From an uncultured Erysipelotrichaceae bacterium (GTDB lineage: Bacteria; Bacillota_I; Bacilli_A; Erysipelotrichales; Erysipelotrichaceae), in assembly GCA_942492995.1 (NCBI GenBank), contig OW818653.1:1950001-1982000 (forward strand): 32,000 bases of DNA, written 5' to 3'. Shown piece after piece: positions 5,840 through 14,314 of this stretch (position 1 is its first letter; each line of letters opens with the position of its first letter). The notes beneath the pieces are model-generated. The model was not told where the DNA came from. It made no database searches and was given only the letters and a program-made list of their open reading frames with translations. Made by a program: the position numbers and the translations under genes.

Positions 5840-7258
5840 ATGTACGACATTATTATCATTGGATCAGGAATAATCGGATCAATGTTGGCTTATGATTTAA
5901 GCCATTTTAACGTGTCTGTTTGTGTTCTTGAAAAGAATGTAGAAATCATGAATGAAACAAGTAGTGCTAATAGTGGATTAATCCATCCTGGGTATGATCC
6001 AGAAGACGGTACACAAAAAGCGTTATTGAATCTTAGAGGTGCTGAGCGTCATCCAGAAATTGCGAAACAATTAAATGTGGAATACCAACAAGTTGGTAGT
6101 TTGTTAGTCGCGAAGTCCATTGATGAAATCAACACATTAAACGAACTCGAAGAACGCGCAAAGAGACGTAATATTGCGTGTACACATATTAATAAATCTG
6201 AAGTACGAACAATGGAGCCGAACATTAGCGATTCTATTTTAGAGGCGATTTACTTTCCAACAACTGCCATTATAACTCCATGGCAAATGGGGTATGCGTG
6301 TATGAATTATGCAGTTTCTAATGGGGTTGAACTCTATCGTGAAACACGTGTTATTGGGATTGATAAACATGAAGATTACTATTCGATACTTACCAATCAA
6401 AAAACATTTGAATCAAAGATCGTGATTAATTGTAGCGGATTGATGGGAGTAGAAGTTGCGCGTTATCACAATCCAAACACGACACATCAAATAGAATTTA
6501 GAAAAGGTGAGTATCAAGTCAGTGATATTCGCGATAAGAATTATTTGAATCATATAATTTATCCAACACCAAACCAATTTGGTAAAGGTGTATTAGCACT
6601 TAAGACAACTGAAGGCAATTTAATGTTTGGGCCAACAAGTCATGTGATAGAAGATGGGTATGATTTTAGTACAACGAAACGCGGATTAGATGAAGTAGAT
6701 GAGAAGATTGCACAGATTATTAAACCATTGCCAAAGAATCGAATGATTCGTCAATTCGCTGGAGTAAGACCTACGTCACTTTCAAAAGATTTTATTATCG
6801 AAAATCTAAATGGTTTTATTAATATCATTGGGATTGATTCACCTGGTTTAGCGAGTAGTCCAGGTATATCAGAGTACGTGATTAACCAATTTATTTCTAA
6901 AGAGATTACATTGGTTCAAAAGGATAATTTAGTTGACTTCAAATGGAGAAAACACTTAACGCTTGATCAGCGGAGTGAATTAATAAAAGAAGATATACGC
7001 TTTGGTAAGATTGTTTGTGTATGTGAAACAATCAGTGAAAAAGAGATTATTGATGCGATTCATTTACCTGTCGGTGCACATAGTGTTAAGGGTGTTAAAC
7101 GCTTAGTAAGACCAGGATCGGGTCGTTGCCAAGGTGGTTTTTGTGAGAGTGAAGTCGTACGATTATTAGCACAAGAACTAAATATATCAATGGAAGAAGT
7201 TAAGTATGATAATGAATCATTTTTAACTCCACTTGGGGGTTCGAATGAAAAGCTATAA
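5840..7258 (+). CDS. FAD-dependent oxidoreductase, GlpA/GlpD-like, with C-terminal BFD-like [2Fe-2S] domain
   Basis: Start chosen at MYDIIIIGSGIIGS (Rossmann GxGxxG). The C-terminus is CVCE...GSGRCQGGFC. The track ORF begins at 5780. Confidence 0.8.
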   Translation: MYDIIIIGSGIIGSMLAYDLSHFNVSVCVLEKNVEIMNETSSANSGLIHPGYDPEDGTQKALLNLRGAERHPEIAKQLNVEYQQVGSLLVAKSIDEINTLNELEERAKRRNIACTHINKSEVRTMEPNISDSILEAIYFPTTAIITPWQMGYACMNYAVSNGVELYRETRVIGIDKHEDYYSILTNQKTFESKIVINCSGLMGVEVARYHNPNTTHQIEFRKGEYQVSDIRDKNYLNHIIYPTPNQFGKGVLALKTTEGNLMFGPTSHVIEDGYDFSTTKRGLDEVDEKIAQIIKPLPKNRMIRQFAGVRPTSLSKDFIIENLNGFINIIGIDSPGLASSPGISEYVINQFISKEITLVQKDNLVDFKWRKHLTLDQRSELIKEDIRFGKIVCVCETISEKEIIDAIHLPVGAHSVKGVKRLVRPGSGRCQGGFCESEVVRLLAQELNISMEEVKYDNESFLTPLGGSNEKL

Positions 7259-8480
7259 ATGTGTCATCATCGGTGGCGGTAGTGCAGGTTTAGCCTGTGC
7301 AATTCAATTGAAGAAATTAAACATCGATTCACTCTTAATCGAAAAAGAAGAAGTATTAGGTGGAATCTTAAACCAATGTATACATAATGGATTTGGCCTA
7401 ACACGATTTAAAGAAGAATTAACAGGTCCAAGTTATGCGGAGCGATTAGTAAGCGAATTTATACAACTTGGAATTGAATATCAATTAGAATCAACCGTAA
7501 TACATCTCAATCCAGATAAAACAATCGAATACATCAATCCTAATGGAGTTCATACAATTCAAGCAGAATCAATTGTATTAGCGCTTGGTGCACGTGAAAG
7601 AACACGTGGAAATATTATGATTCCAGGGGATCGTAGTGTTGGTGTATGGACAGCTGGATCAGCTCAGAAGTACTTGAACATGGATGGTTATTGTGTTGGT
7701 AAACGTGTGTTTATTCTTGGAAGTGGAGATATTGGTTTAATTATGGCAAGACGACTAACGATTGCTAAGGCGAAGGTTGTTGGAGTTGCGGAAATTATGC
7801 CTTATTCAAATGGATTAACGCGTAATTTAGTTCAATGTTTATACGACTTTGATATACCACTTCATCTAAGTACTACAATTACTAAGATTAATGGTAAACA
7901 ACGTGTTGAGTCCATCGAACTAAGTCGTGTAGATGAAAATCTAAAGCCGATAGTTGGGACTGAATTTAATGTGGACGTTGATGCGGTATTATTATCGGTA
8001 GGATTAATTCCCGATAATATCATTACAGAAGCGGCAGGCATCGTAATGGACCCACAAACAAAAGGACCACGTATCAATCATAATTATGAAACAAGTATTC
8101 CAGGCATATTCGCCTGTGGAAATGGATTACACATTCATGATGTCGTAGATTTTGTGAGTGAAGAAGGCGATGTTGTGGCGAAGTCTGTTTCAGATTATCT
8201 AAATAACATTCAAGATAGCTTAAACAGTATTGAAGTTAAGGGTGATGCGAACTTTATCTATGTAATTCCTCATACTATCAATCTCGATAAACCAGTTAAA
8301 TTAAAATTTCGCATGCGTAGACCGTATAAGAATGTGAAGATATTGATTAAATCAGGTGATGAAATATTAATGACACTTCCAAAGACACAATTATTACCTG
8401 CAGAAATGGAAATGATCCAAATACCGTTAAGTATTCTACAGAAAGTAAAAGACAAACTTACTTTAGAGTGTATCCAATGA
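7245..8480 (+). CDS. NAD(FAD)-dependent pyridine nucleotide-disulfide family oxidoreductase
   Basis: The ATG at 7245 follows GGGGG. It has two dinucleotide motifs, VIIGGGSAGLA and ILGSGDIGL. Overlaps the upstream gene by 14 nt. Confidence 0.8.
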   Translation: MKSYKCVIIGGGSAGLACAIQLKKLNIDSLLIEKEEVLGGILNQCIHNGFGLTRFKEELTGPSYAERLVSEFIQLGIEYQLESTVIHLNPDKTIEYINPNGVHTIQAESIVLALGARERTRGNIMIPGDRSVGVWTAGSAQKYLNMDGYCVGKRVFILGSGDIGLIMARRLTIAKAKVVGVAEIMPYSNGLTRNLVQCLYDFDIPLHLSTTITKINGKQRVESIELSRVDENLKPIVGTEFNVDVDAVLLSVGLIPDNIITEAAGIVMDPQTKGPRINHNYETSIPGIFACGNGLHIHDVVDFVSEEGDVVAKSVSDYLNNIQDSLNSIEVKGDANFIYVIPHTINLDKPVKLKFRMRRPYKNVKILIKSGDEILMTLPKTQLLPAEMEMIQIPLSILQKVKDKLTLECIQ

Positions 8481-8839
8481 AACATGAATTAACGTGTATT
8501 GTATGTCCTAGAGGTTGTTTAATTCAACTCGTAAAAGTGAATGAAGAATACATCTGTAGTGGTAACCAATGTAAAAGAGGCGAAGTTTACGCGATTCAAG
8601 AAGTAACTGAACCAAGAAGAATGATTACAACAACGGTTAAGATCGAAGGATCTAAGTTAAAACGATTACCAGTAGTAAGTCGTAGCGCAATTAAAAAAGA
8701 AATGATCTTCGATATGATAAACGAGTTAGAGAAGATAGTCGTAAATGCGCCTGTTTCAGTTAATGATGTGATTGTGTCCAATATTCTAGATAGTGGAATT
8801 GATATTATCGCATCACGTAGTATAAAAAAAGATGCCTGA
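8477..8839 (+). CDS. DUF1667 domain protein
   Basis: ATGA overlap with the upstream stop. The motif CIVCPRGC...CSGNQCKRG matches the DUF1667 Cys pattern. Confidence 0.75.
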   Translation: MKHELTCIVCPRGCLIQLVKVNEEYICSGNQCKRGEVYAIQEVTEPRRMITTTVKIEGSKLKRLPVVSRSAIKKEMIFDMINELEKIVVNAPVSVNDVIVSNILDSGIDIIASRSIKKDA

Positions 8840-8844
8840 GCATC

Positions 8845-9384
8845 TTAACGTAAGAATAATAATAAGCCTAACATCACGCCCGCAAGGTTATGATGTAAAC
8901 TCTTTGATTTAAGTTGTTGAGTGACTTCCATCACTGCACATAATTTATCGGAAGCTTGGACAATCCAGGCTTCTTTTGATTTTGGTTTAGAATTACCCAA
9001 TGGCCACATATGATTCACAATCACGTCTTCCATAACTGGACTAACATGTGTAATCATCTTCGCATTCTTTAAAGCTTCTTGTGGATGTACATTGACATGT
9101 TTACCAGGTGTTACTTGTTCAGTTCTCCAATTATAGAGGAATAAATCATGTAAGAAAGCACCACGTACACAATCAGAAACATTGATGTTAAAACGTCTAC
9201 CGAATAAAAATGCATAATATGCGACATTTAAAGAGTGCTGAAAACGGCTCGTATTTAAATGTTGAGAGTAGTTATGTAAGTCTGATACGACCGGGTGGTC
9301 AATCAAATCATCAATATGGCTTAAGAATTCACTTGTCGTTGGATGAGAATCATTGATCGGTAATGTAGAGAAAACAGCTTTCAT
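8845..9384 (-). CDS. HD-domain phosphohydrolase
   Basis: The ATG at 9384 follows AAAGGAG. H..(SLNVAYY)...HD (FLHDLF) metal-binding signature, and a hydrophobic C-terminus. Confidence 0.75.
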   Translation of the reverse strand: MKAVFSTLPINDSHPTTSEFLSHIDDLIDHPVVSDLHNYSQHLNTSRFQHSLNVAYYAFLFGRRFNINVSDCVRGAFLHDLFLYNWRTEQVTPGKHVNVHPQEALKNAKMITHVSPVMEDVIVNHMWPLGNSKPKSKEAWIVQASDKLCAVMEVTQQLKSKSLHHNLAGVMLGLLLFLR

Positions 9385-9465
9385 TGAACTCCTTTGGAAT
9401 GTCTGCGACATAAACGAATGGATAATAACACCAATTCATAAATACTTCAATCATTTTATGAAAAC

Positions 9466-9492
9466 TTAGCACTCAGGTGTTGACAGTGCTAA
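9466..9492 (+). promoter_or_regulatory. CIRCE operator 1 (HrcA site) overlapping the -35
   Basis: TTAGCACTC-N9-CAGTGCTAA versus consensus TTAGCACTC-N9-GAGTGCTAA. The TTGACA -35 (9480-9485) lies inside it. Confidence 0.85.
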
Positions 9493-9507
9493 TAAATGTG
9501 ATATTAT
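9480..9507 (+). promoter_or_regulatory. sigmaA-type promoter of hsp20
   Basis: TTGACA, then a 16-nt spacer, then TGaTATTAT (extended -10 at 9499-9507). Confidence 0.7.
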
Positions 9508-9516
9508 AATAATGTA

Positions 9517-9543
9517 TTAGCACTCACATATATAGAGTGCCAA
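9517..9543 (+). promoter_or_regulatory. CIRCE operator 2 in the hsp20 leader
   Basis: TTAGCACTC-N9-GAGTGCCAA, immediately upstream of SD AAAGGAGG. Confidence 0.85.
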
Positions 9544-9556
9544 AGGAGGAAAAAAT

Positions 9557-9961
9557 ATGCGAAACGGTTTAATCAGACGTCCAACAACTTCGATTCTTGA
9601 TGACTTCTTCAATGATGAATTCTTCTTACCAAGTGTTAATTCCAATAGTCATCTTGATGTTTATCAAGAGGATAATAAGTATGTCGTAGAAGTTGATTTA
9701 CCAGGGTATAAGAAGGAAGAAATTAATATGTCCTTCAACAATGATCTCTTGACCATTAAGGCAGAACACATCTAAGAAAATAAAGAAGATACTAAGAAGT
9801 ATATCTATCGTTCCAGAAGTCAATCGATGTTTACACGTCAAATAAGATTTTCAAACATTGAACATGAAAACATTGATGCGAAATTTGAAGAAGGCGTACT
9901 AAAAGTTATTTTACCAATTAAAGGTGAAACTGAAGTTGTTAAACGAATCGAAGTTAAGTAG
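9557..9961 (+). pseudogene. Hsp20/alpha-crystallin small heat-shock protein interrupted by an in-frame TAA at 9773-9775
   Basis: Codons 1-72 (...YVVEVDLPGYKKEEINMSFNNDLLTIKAEHI) and the same-frame continuation (ENKEDTKKYIYRSRSQSMFTRQIRFSNIEHENIDAKFEEGVLKVILPIKGE...) together make one complete alpha-crystallin domain of 134 codons. Confidence 0.8.
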
Positions 9962-9966
9962 TTAAA

Positions 9967-9989
9967 AGAGTCAGAAATGACTCTTTTTA
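9967..9989 (+). terminator. terminator after hsp20
   Basis: Stem AGAGTCA / TGACTCT with loop GAAA, followed by a T-run. Confidence 0.75.
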
Positions 9990-10040
9990 TTGTTCAATCG
10001 ATAAAATAGTGGTACATTAATTCATAAGATTAGGTAAAAT

Positions 10041-10511
10041 ATGGCAATCGAAAAAGTAAAAGATTATTTTAGACAATTTGATCTAGAACAACATATTCAA
10101 GAGTTTAGTGTTTCAAGCGCAACTGTAAATGAAGCTGCACAAGCGCTTAATATTGAAGGTAAACGTATCGCAAAGACACTTGCTTTTCGCTACTTTGATC
10201 AAACCCTCTTGATTGTGACAGCTGGAGATGCCAAAATAGATAATAGTAAGTTTAAAGCACAATTCAATTTAAAAGCTAGAATGCTAGACTATGACGAAAC
10301 TGAAAATAGTGTAGGTCATGCGGTTGGTGGCGTATGTCCATTTGCGGTAAATGATAACTGTGTCGTTGTACTCGATGTATCATTACAGCGCTTTGAGACA
10401 GTATATCCAGCGTGTGGTAGCTCTAATTCTGCGATTGAACTTACAATTGATAAACTTGTTAAATTATCGAAATCAATCCAATGGGTGGATGTTTGTAAGG
10501 AATGGAACTAA
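10041..10511 (+). CDS. YbaK/EbsC-family aminoacyl-tRNA deacylase domain protein
   Basis: 156 aa. It has ...RIAKTLAF...LIVTAGDAKID..KFK... and the GHAVGGVCPF motif typical of YbaK/ProX editing domains. Confidence 0.8.
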   Translation: MAIEKVKDYFRQFDLEQHIQEFSVSSATVNEAAQALNIEGKRIAKTLAFRYFDQTLLIVTAGDAKIDNSKFKAQFNLKARMLDYDETENSVGHAVGGVCPFAVNDNCVVVLDVSLQRFETVYPACGSSNSAIELTIDKLVKLSKSIQWVDVCKEWN

Positions 10512-11182
10512 TGGAAAGTTGTTTAACGTGTAAAGCGCCAATTTGTATCAGTCAATTAAGTCTTTTTCGTAATCTTACGCCAACACAACGAGGCAGGATT
10601 ATAAAACATGTTAATCGACGTAGTTTTAATAAAGGGGATATTTTTCTGAATCAAGGTGATACCATATCACAGTTTGTGATTGTGAGTCGAGGACAGTTTA
10701 AAACAGTTAATGTCAATGAAGATGGAAAAGCGAAAGTAATCCAATATCTAAAGACAGGAGATTTCTTTGGACAAGATAGTTTATTCAAGGATAAAGAAAT
10801 TGGGTATTCGATAGAGGCAATGAGTGAAGGCGCATTGTGTATGATTGATTCTAGTACGATGCATGAACTGATTCATAATGAACCTGATTTAGCGTTATCG
10901 ATCTTAAATGAATTAAATCAACGTGTAAATCAACTCGAACTTGAGTTATCGACTGTACATGCGGAAAGCTTAGAAGTACGTTTAATGAATCTGTTGGTTC
11001 AATTAAGTCAAGATTATGGCGTTAAAACCAATCATGGCATACAACTTAATTGTCCATTAAGTCAAGATGAGATGGCGATGCGATTAGGGGTAAGTCGTGA
11101 AAGTGTTAATCGGAAGCTGAAACAATTAGAAAAAGAAGAACGAATAAAACTTCAATCAAGAAGAGAAATAATTATCTATTAA
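10511..11182 (+). CDS. Crp/Fnr family transcriptional regulator (FNR-like Cys pattern)
   Basis: TAATG overlap with the ybaK-like stop. A cNMP-binding-like barrel (FNKGDIFLNQGD...GDFFG) and a C-terminal HTH (SQDEMAMRLGVSRESVNRKLKQLE). Cys at positions 4, 7, 12 and 110. Confidence 0.85.
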   Translation: MESCLTCKAPICISQLSLFRNLTPTQRGRIIKHVNRRSFNKGDIFLNQGDTISQFVIVSRGQFKTVNVNEDGKAKVIQYLKTGDFFGQDSLFKDKEIGYSIEAMSEGALCMIDSSTMHELIHNEPDLALSILNELNQRVNQLELELSTVHAESLEVRLMNLLVQLSQDYGVKTNHGIQLNCPLSQDEMAMRLGVSRESVNRKLKQLEKEERIKLQSRREIIIY

Positions 11183-11183
11183 A

Positions 11184-11199
11184 TGTGATGTATGTCACA
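11184..11199 (+). promoter_or_regulatory. perfect Crp/Fnr-type box TGTGA-N6-TCACA, also a hairpin followed by a T-run
   Basis: AAATGTGAtgtatgTCACATTT followed by ATTTTTT. Its centre at 11191.5 is about 41.5 nt upstream of the TSS predicted from the -10 TGgTAAGAT at 11217-11225. Confidence 0.7.
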
Positions 11200-11243
11200 T
11201 TTATTTTTTATTTTTGTGGTAAGATGAAGTTGGAGGATGAAAT

Positions 11244-12416
11244 ATGAGCGAAATTATTGATAACGCTAGTAAACGCCAAACACAACTAAAAGGATTAATT
11301 CAACGATTACATCGTGGCGAAGATAGAGCAGAAGTAGAGGCAGAGTTCAAACGAGATTTTGCGTATGTGACAGGGGCAGAAATTGCACAGATGGAGTACA
11401 ATCTTGTCCAAGAAGGCGTTAGTGTCGAAGAGATTCAAAGCCTTTGTGATGTCCATGCGTCGTTATTCCAAGGATCACTTGCGGAGTTACATCAAGATGT
11501 ATTAACCGTAAATCCAATCACAATTTTTGAAGATGAAAATAAAGTATATTCGGATTTAGTTAATAAGGCATTAAAATTCAAACAAGAAACGCAAGTAAGT
11601 TTAAAGATTGTTAAACCTTATTTACTTGAGTTAATTGAAGAGTTTAGGACAATCGATGCGCATTATGCTAAGAAAGAAAATGTATTCTTCCCATTCTTAG
11701 AAAAACATGGCATAGAAACAATTCCTCAAGTTATGTGGGGTGTTGATAACCAAGTACGTGAAAAGTTAAAAGAAGCATTTATTGCGCTTAATACGAGTGA
11801 TGAAGTCAATCACATGATGGATAAGTTCTATCAAATGGTTGATATGGTAAAAGAAATGATTACCAAAGAGAATATGATCTTGTTTCCGCTATTAAGAGAT
11901 ACATTATCTGAAGATGATTTTAAAGCGATTGCGAAAGCACTCGAAAATCCTGAAGCAGGTTTATATAAAGCTGTTGAGGAAGAAACAGTAAATGTAGATA
12001 CAGAAACAGTTGATGGGGATATTCGTATGTCTTTAGGACGTTTATCAACAGTTGAAGTTAATGCAATATTAAATACATTACCGTTTGATATGACGTTTGT
12101 GGATGCGGATAATAAAGTAAAATACGTATCACAAGGCAAAGAAAGAATCTTTGATCGACCATCATCGGTTATCGGACGTCCTGTTCATCTATGTCATCCG
12201 CCGCAAAGCGTACATGTCGTAATGAACATTGTGGATGATTTACGTTCTGGTAAAAAGGAACATGAAGATTTCTGGATTAACTTTAAAGGTAAGTTTGTGT
12301 TTATCCGCTATTATGCCGTAAGAGATGAAGCTGGAGCGTATTTAGGTTGTATCGAAGTGACTCAAGACTTAACTGAAATCAAACAATTAGAAGGCGAAAA
12401 ACGTTTAGCATCTTAA
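11244..12416 (+). CDS. DUF438 family protein (hemerythrin-like region plus C-terminal PAS-like domain)
   Basis: 390 aa with SD GGAGGA. The N-terminus KRQTQLKGLIQRLHRGED and the C-terminus DMTFVDADNKVKYVSQGKERIF.R....IGRPVHLCHPP match my memory of DUF438/PAS proteins. Confidence 0.8.
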   Translation: MSEIIDNASKRQTQLKGLIQRLHRGEDRAEVEAEFKRDFAYVTGAEIAQMEYNLVQEGVSVEEIQSLCDVHASLFQGSLAELHQDVLTVNPITIFEDENKVYSDLVNKALKFKQETQVSLKIVKPYLLELIEEFRTIDAHYAKKENVFFPFLEKHGIETIPQVMWGVDNQVREKLKEAFIALNTSDEVNHMMDKFYQMVDMVKEMITKENMILFPLLRDTLSEDDFKAIAKALENPEAGLYKAVEEETVNVDTETVDGDIRMSLGRLSTVEVNAILNTLPFDMTFVDADNKVKYVSQGKERIFDRPSSVIGRPVHLCHPPQSVHVVMNIVDDLRSGKKEHEDFWINFKGKFVFIRYYAVRDEAGAYLGCIEVTQDLTEIKQLEGEKRLAS

Positions 12417-12441
12417 ATACCTGGAAACAGGTATTTTTTTA
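12417..12441 (+). terminator. rho-independent terminator
   Basis: Stem ATACCTG / CAGGTAT with loop GAAA, followed by T7. Confidence 0.8.
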
Positions 12442-12474
12442 TAAAATTCGACTATAATAGAATTAGGTGAACGT

Positions 12475-13368
12475 ATGAAAATAATAGCGATAGATGCAGG
12501 TGGGACAAAAGCTCGTTTTGCGTTATACGATGAGAATGGTTCAATCATTAAGAGTTTAGAACATCCATCTCTTCATCCTTTACAAGTTGGATATACCAAT
12601 ATGGCAAAGGCATTACGCATTGGAGTAAATACTCTATTAGAAAATGAAACAGCTGATTTCATTAGTTTTGGGTTGGCTGGTTATGGATTGAATCCGAAGA
12701 TTAGACAATCAATTGAACGCGCCATTAAGAAACAATTCCCTTATGAACACTATTCAATTCAAAGTGATGTGGATTGTGCACTCATGTCTGCCCTTAAAGG
12801 CAATGATGGGATTATGATTATATCAGGGACTGGGTCGATTGCACTTAGCCAATCGAATGGACTTAGACACCGTGTTGGTGGATGGGGATATTGGGTAGGC
12901 GATGAAGGTAGTGCATTTTGGATTGGGAAACAGGTATTAAGTGTATTTAGTAAAATGGCAGATGGTCGATTAAAGAAGACGGAGTTATTTGATTGTGTAA
13001 TGGATAGTTTAGTACTTGATGATCCAAGTGAGATAATTAAGATATTAAGCGATCATAAACGACCAAAAGAGGCCATCGCATCTCTTGCACGTGTATGTTA
13101 TTTAGCTTCTACTAAGAACGATAAACATGCGATTCAAATCTTTAAATCTGCGGCACTTGAATTGGCAATTCTCGTAGAAACATGTTTAAAAATGAATCCA
13201 GAATTACATACGATACGATTATCAGGTGGTGTATTTGAATCAGGGGATGTGGTACTTACTCCATTAAGAGAGGCATTGCCTAAACACCTTGATATTCAAC
13301 CGAATAGTAATCCACCATTATATGGGGCATATCTGATTGGTAAATTGAAAATGGGAGAAAACATATGA
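12475..13368 (+). CDS. BadF/BadG/BcrA/BcrD-type ATPase (N-acetylglucosamine kinase-like)
   Basis: The N-terminal IAIDAGGTK phosphate-1 motif, plus ISGTGS and GGWGYWVGDEGSA motifs of the ASKHA sugar kinase family. Confidence 0.8.
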   Translation: MKIIAIDAGGTKARFALYDENGSIIKSLEHPSLHPLQVGYTNMAKALRIGVNTLLENETADFISFGLAGYGLNPKIRQSIERAIKKQFPYEHYSIQSDVDCALMSALKGNDGIMIISGTGSIALSQSNGLRHRVGGWGYWVGDEGSAFWIGKQVLSVFSKMADGRLKKTELFDCVMDSLVLDDPSEIIKILSDHKRPKEAIASLARVCYLASTKNDKHAIQIFKSAALELAILVETCLKMNPELHTIRLSGGVFESGDVVLTPLREALPKHLDIQPNSNPPLYGAYLIGKLKMGENI

Positions 13369-14270
13369 GAATAGGGATTGTTGGAATAGGGGACATTGCG
13401 AAAAAAGCGTATTTACCAATCTTATCGAATTTGAAGGATTTAACAATTGTGCCGTGTACTCGTAATCAAGACACATTGAATGAAGTATTGGCTCAATACC
13501 ATTTATCTGAAGGCTATACTGATTTAGATGATTTGATTAAAAGTGGCGTTGATGCGATTTATGTCACATCGAAAACAGAAGTACATTATGCGATGGCTAA
13601 GAAAATACTTAGTGCTAAAATTCCATGCCATCTTGATAAACCAATATCGATGAATTTCGATGAGACGAAAGAGCTTGTAAAACTTGCGAATGATAATAAT
13701 GTCTTATTTATGATTGGATTCAATCGTCGTTTCGTTCCATACATACAAGAAGTCGTATCATATGGGAAACCTGATTTAGTTGTATATCAGAAGAACCGTG
13801 ATTTGTATCCCGATAATATTAGACGATTCATCGTAGAAGATTTTGTGCATGTAGTAGATACTACACGTTTTCTATTACAGGATGAAATAATTGATGTTAG
13901 AGTTCAAGGTAAGAAGATCGATGGAAAACTTGTTCATGTCGTTGTACAACTAATCACCGCATCGAATCAAGGTATCTTGATCATGAATTATCTAAATGGA
14001 GTAACTGAAGAAGTTATTGAAGTTATGCATCCTCAGAAGAAGAGTATTATTCGTAACTTATCAAGTTTAGAAACCTATGAGAAGAGTATATTAGTAAAGA
14101 AACCTGAAAGTGATTGGATTCCTACGTTAAAGAAACGTGGTTTTGAAAATTTACGTAATGCGTTTATCGATGCGCTTGTAAATAATAAACCAAGTCCTGT
14201 TAGTGGTGATGACGCATTAATTACACATCAGATTTGCGAAAAGGTTGTCGAATTACTAGAAAAACAATAA
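13365..14270 (+). CDS. Gfo/Idh/MocA family oxidoreductase
   Basis: ATGA overlap with the upstream gene. N-terminal Rossmann fold MRIGIVGIGDIAKKAYLP. Confidence 0.8.
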   Translation: MRIGIVGIGDIAKKAYLPILSNLKDLTIVPCTRNQDTLNEVLAQYHLSEGYTDLDDLIKSGVDAIYVTSKTEVHYAMAKKILSAKIPCHLDKPISMNFDETKELVKLANDNNVLFMIGFNRRFVPYIQEVVSYGKPDLVVYQKNRDLYPDNIRRFIVEDFVHVVDTTRFLLQDEIIDVRVQGKKIDGKLVHVVVQLITASNQGILIMNYLNGVTEEVIEVMHPQKKSIIRNLSSLETYEKSILVKKPESDWIPTLKKRGFENLRNAFIDALVNNKPSPVSGDDALITHQICEKVVELLEKQ

Positions 14271-14314
14271 CTCCAAATCAACTTGGAGTTTTTATTAAGA
14301 AAAAGGGGAATACG

